Positions 28,820 to 32,000 of a stretch of DNA of 32,000 nucleotides are shown in pieces; position 1 is the first letter of the stretch, and each line of letters opens with the position of its first letter. Position numbers and translations under genes: made by a program. This DNA is from Sulfolobus acidocaldarius DSM 639. GTDB lineage: Archaea; Thermoproteota; Thermoprotei_A; Sulfolobales; Sulfolobaceae. The notes under the pieces were generated by a model. The model saw only the letters and a program-made list of their open reading frames with translations, ran no database searches and had not been told where the DNA came from. The stretch spans positions 1,650,001 through 1,682,000 of the forward strand of contig NC_007181.1 in assembly GCF_000012285.1 (NCBI RefSeq), written 5' to 3'.

Positions 28820-30063
28820 AGTAACAACTTCCCCGGGTTGAGTATGTTGTTGGGGTCAATGGTCCTCTTCAACTTCTTCATTAAGTTTAACCTTGACTCC
28901 TCGTCCACCCTGTAGTTCACCTCTATTGAGTGAATTTCAAAGGGTATCCCCTCCCTTGTCATTATGCTGTCAATCACTGGGAAATTGCCCTTATCTGACA
29001 TGAACACTGTGTAGACTATTGTCTCTCCCCTCAGGGTCATAACGTCCCCGTGGACTAATACACTACTGCCTAGAGCCATCTTCACCTGCTTTACTACCCT
29101 TGAGAAGCTCTCTAAGGGTAAGAGCCTTACCTCGTAGAAGTAGTCCTTAAAGCTGGTCAACCTGCTCATTGTGACGTAAATTGCAGCAAAGGCAAGTTCG
29201 TCCAGGAACCTCATGTTGACCTCCTCTCCTAGGCTCAGAGTGCTAGCAACTATTACGTTCCACTCACCTACCTTATCTAACCTGTCCTTGGCTACTGACG
29301 AGAGTGTCTCCTTGTCCTCTATTGTGATCCTCCTTATCTTGGACTTGTAGTCTCTTACTCTCACCAAGTACTTTGTCACTTCCTCTACGCTGTTGAACGT
29401 GACTAGTTGGTCCTTCCAGTCCTCATAGTCCACTGTTGCCAACTCCGCTGAGGAGATTATACCCGTAGTCCCGGCTGCTTGGGCTACCCCTAGTGTGTCC
29501 TCACCCCTTAGCTCATACTTCCCAGTGGGTCCAACGACTCTGACGGAGTTTATCCCTCCGTTGTCGAAGTGGTAGCCGTACTGAAATGAGCCTATCCCTA
29601 CGTCTCCCCCTGCTATATATCCCCCCAGGGTGGATATGTAGAAGCTGCTTGGGTAGACCCTTAGCTCTTTACCCCTCTTTCTCAGGTACTGAAGAGCCTT
29701 AAACACTTTCACACTGGGGGTTATCCTCACCCAGGAGTCGTCTGACTCTATTACTTCCCTCATTCTGTTGATGTCTAAGACAATGGTTGAGGGAGAAATA
29801 GGTAAGACCTGTCCTATAGTACTGGTACCGGCTCCCCTGGCTAGCAGTGGTATGTGGTGTGTGTCACACAACCTAACAGCGTTAAATATGTCCTCCTCGT
29901 CATCTGCCATGACGACCCCTATCACTTTTTTGCCCATTTTAGATAGGACTGGGGAGACAAGGTATGGAGCCTTGGACTCTTCCTCTAGGACTCTGTCGTT
30001 CGTTATGAACTTCTTGTCGCCGAACTCCTTCTCAAAGGTTTTTGTAATGGTCTCAGCTTCCAT
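28816..30063 (-). CDS. FAD-binding oxidoreductase (PCMH/VAO-type, GlcD / D-lactate dehydrogenase-like)
   Basis: 415 aa. The N-terminal FAD-binding region has LLARGAGTSTIGQ (the RGGGTS-type motif) and the later GGDVGIGS motif. Confidence 0.85.
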   Translation of the reverse strand: MEAETITKTFEKEFGDKKFITNDRVLEEESKAPYLVSPVLSKMGKKVIGVVMADDEEDIFNAVRLCDTHHIPLLARGAGTSTIGQVLPISPSTIVLDINRMREVIESDDSWVRITPSVKVFKALQYLRKRGKELRVYPSSFYISTLGGYIAGGDVGIGSFQYGYHFDNGGINSVRVVGPTGKYELRGEDTLGVAQAAGTTGIISSAELATVDYEDWKDQLVTFNSVEEVTKYLVRVRDYKSKIRRITIEDKETLSSVAKDRLDKVGEWNVIVASTLSLGEEVNMRFLDELAFAAIYVTMSRLTSFKDYFYEVRLLPLESFSRVVKQVKMALGSSVLVHGDVMTLRGETIVYTVFMSDKGNFPVIDSIMTREGIPFEIHSIEVNYRVDEESRLNLMKKLKRTIDPNNILNPGKLLL

Positions 30064-30333
30064 GATAATATTTACGTTGAATATGTATTAAAGTGTGACC
30101 TTTTCTCAGTGAAAGGTGGAAAGCCTGTGAATGAGTGATGACATGAATTTTTAAGAAATGGCTCCCTCTATAATTTAACTTAATCCTGGTTATGGTAATA
30201 CTCTTATCTAAGCTGTGAGACTTTACAACGTTAATTTTGCAGTGTAGGGGTTACGATACCTGACCTTTCCCACTAAAACAGTTTTTGAGCGTTAGCAAAG
30301 GTATTCAGTTGCTTTTTCCTAGTCTCTGACCAA

Positions 30334-30588
30334 TCAGAACACGGTAAATATTGAACTCCTCATACTTTCATCTTTTACCTCGTCCTTGTCTATGCAGGTA
30401 TGTCTAATAAAGACTCTATGCTCTTTTATAGTGTCTTGCAACATCTTATCTCCTTCTGCATTCTTAGCTTTACTACAGTCTGAAAGGAGTATCTCTCTAA
30501 TCCTTGCATCAATCCTAGCCTTAGAACATTTAATATGTTCTATAGCATCATTCATATACCTTTCATCTAGCGTTTCCTTGATCTCCAC
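30334..30588 (-). CDS. Small hypothetical protein (weak call)
   Basis: 84 aa with a GTG start. The composition is charged and helix-like, more protein-like than the overlapping low-complexity plus-strand ORF 30386-30658. No recognisable family or promoter. Confidence 0.3.
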   Translation of the reverse strand: MEIKETLDERYMNDAIEHIKCSKARIDARIREILLSDCSKAKNAEGDKMLQDTIKEHRVFIRHTCIDKDEVKDESMRSSIFTVF

Positions 30589-30856
30589 GAAAACGCCTTA
30601 TAACTGTAGTCCTTTCCGCTCTCAAAGCAGTATCTTACTTCATCCTTCTCATAACTAACTTTCTGAGTTACACAGAGTGCATCTACGCTTTTCCATATGT
30701 TGTGAGCTTATCATATTTTATGCACAAGACTCCTTCTCCAACACTTATGAGCCCATTTAGTTTCAATGTTCTCTTCCTCCCTGCTTATCAGCTCTTTTAT
30801 ACCCTAATTAGAAGCAGGGAATATAGTCTTAAATGACTCCACAAAGCCCTCCTCAT

Positions 30857-32000
30857 CTACCTTCCTCCCCTTTTCGTGTATTTAATCACAAGTAGTAACA
30901 GTACCACCACTACTAGAGCCGTGATAACAACATATAATGATAGACCCTCTGTGGTCGTCGACGATGAAGGACTAGAGTTACTAGAGGTATTCATTGAAGT
31001 AGAGTTACTAGAGCTATTGATTGAGGTAAAGTTAATGGAAGAGTTAACGTATTCTGCCACAAGCCTCCCACCCTCATCTATATACACGGTCTCAGGAGAC
31101 GGTAGGTAAAACACCTTCGACCTTACACCGTCTATTTCCACAGGTTGGGGAAAACTCAACTCTATCTTCTTCTCTAGTGCGAACGTGTAGTTTATGGTCA
31201 TGAACGGGCTTACCCTATCTCCACTATCAAATGGAGTTTGATTTTCGAAAAAGTGTTCACCATTCGAAACCCACAGGCTGTCTGGAGGGAAAGTGTATAC
31301 CGTGTTATTGACTATAACGACACTGAAGTTATAGAGTAGCTGAGGGCTAGTAACGTTACCATATACTACCCAGACCCTTCCGTTGTAATAGTAAGCTGTA
31401 CCGTTATAGGCTCGCTCTCCGGTGTTAACCCAACCGCTGTAAGCTACTGGCGGGACATACCAGCTCCCATTGTACTTGTATAAGCTCACTATCGATATGT
31501 TAAAACCCTTAGCCAGATAGGATATCTCCCCATTTCCATAGCCCGCTACAACAGTACCAATGGTATAGCCATCGTATATTATGTCCAAAAACTTTCCTTC
31601 CAAGATGTAGGTCTTCTCGAAAGTTGAAGTCCCGTCTGACGCGTAGAAGGTTATCACGGTGTTGTTTCCTTCAGGAGTCCAAATAGTGGTCAAGTTTATC
31701 TCATTTCCCATAAGGTAAGATAGACGAGAGACGTCATAGTGCCCGTTATAGTAAACACTGGTGGTCCAGATAGACTCGTTGTTAGTTAAAGGTTGTATTA
31801 CGTTCTGGACGAACGTGCTCTCTCCGTTCACGTTCAGGTAGATGTTCTGCTGTACGGAGATCATAGGTGATCCAGAGGCTAGAGAAATGTTATACATAGT
31901 TATTATGGACTGGATTCCTTCCATTTCCACGTATCCGAATTCATATCCATAGTTTGTGGGTTCATAAATTATCTCCCCAGAGGAGTGGGTTGATGAAAGA
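30857..32000 (-). CDS. Membrane-anchored extracellular glycoprotein with a thermopsin-like domain; the N-terminus lies beyond the window
   Basis: The frame stays open upstream of the track's GTG start (31930) to the window edge (...SSGEIIYEPTNYGYEFGYVEMEGIQ...). The protein has many N-x-S/T sequons, a Ser/Thr-rich stalk (SSSNSTSMNTSSNSSPSSSTTTEG) and a C-terminal TM anchor (LSLYVVITALVVVVLLLLVI-KYTKRGGR). The segment ISVQQNIYLNVNGESTFVQNVIQ resembles the thermopsin (peptidase A5) core as I remember it. Confidence 0.8.
   Translation of the reverse strand, partial: LSSTHSSGEIIYEPTNYGYEFGYVEMEGIQSIITMYNISLASGSPMISVQQNIYLNVNGESTFVQNVIQPLTNNESIWTTSVYYNGHYDVSRLSYLMGNEINLTTIWTPEGNNTVITFYASDGTSTFEKTYILEGKFLDIIYDGYTIGTVVAGYGNGEISYLAKGFNISIVSLYKYNGSWYVPPVAYSGWVNTGERAYNGTAYYYNGRVWVVYGNVTSPQLLYNFSVVIVNNTVYTFPPDSLWVSNGEHFFENQTPFDSGDRVSPFMTINYTFALEKKIELSFPQPVEIDGVRSKVFYLPSPETVYIDEGGRLVAEYVNSSINFTSINSSSNSTSMNTSSNSSPSSSTTTEGLSLYVVITALVVVVLLLLVIKYTKRGGR

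Noticed and set aside
26841-30091. Antisense ORFs opposite vapB, vapC, the 296-aa gene and the FAD oxidase (26841-27032, 27132-27314, 28269-28694, 29768-30091)
   Set aside because: They are shadow ORFs opposite genes with clear domain signatures or operon structure.
30386-30856. Plus-strand ORF 30386-30658, and a series of 18-46-codon open stretches in different minus-strand frames between 30589 and 30860 that could be read as a frameshifted pseudogene
   Set aside because: The plus-strand ORF is low-complexity (Ser/Leu/Ile) and antisense to a more plausible 84-aa ORF. Open stretches of this length are expected by chance, and I recognise no family in the fragments.

Overview
AT-rich archaeal (Sulfolobales-type) chromosomal segment dominated by one large CRISPR-Cas locus. 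Two arrays share a 24-nt repeat (GTAATAACGACAAGAAACTAAAAC in the transcribed sense). By hand count, array 1 has 133 repeats at 669-8594 and is read on the minus strand; array 2 has 78 repeats at 20962-25586 and is read on the plus strand. Each is driven by a ~166-bp leader. The two leaders (8595-8760 and 20796-20961) are inverted copies with 7 differences in 166 nt, and both arrays are transcribed outward from a central ~12-kb cas cassette. The cassette reads as type I-D: cas10d-csc2-csc1-cas3' (minus strand), divergent csa3-cas6 (plus), cas2-cas4 (plus) and convergent cas1 (minus). From memory, this repeat and the 133/78 repeat counts match Sulfolobus acidocaldarius; I cannot verify that here. 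Right of array 2 lie a G+C-rich, hairpin-dense ~350-nt element, a vapBC toxin-antitoxin pair, an orphan degenerate CRISPR repeat 9 nt after vapC, a two-gene operon (FAD-linked oxidase plus an unknown protein) and a thermopsin-like glycoprotein gene that runs off the right edge. A membrane-protein gene runs off the left edge and is missing from the ORF track. The most interesting observations are not protein genes. They are repeat-derived relics in unexpected places: the orphan repeat that brackets vapBC, pseudo-repeats flanking cas2-cas4, and a decayed periodic repeat series behind leader 1. Others are a 5x tandem repeat-spacer amplification, a possibly nuclease-dead Cas4, and ~2.2 kb of ORF-free DNA inside the cas cassette.
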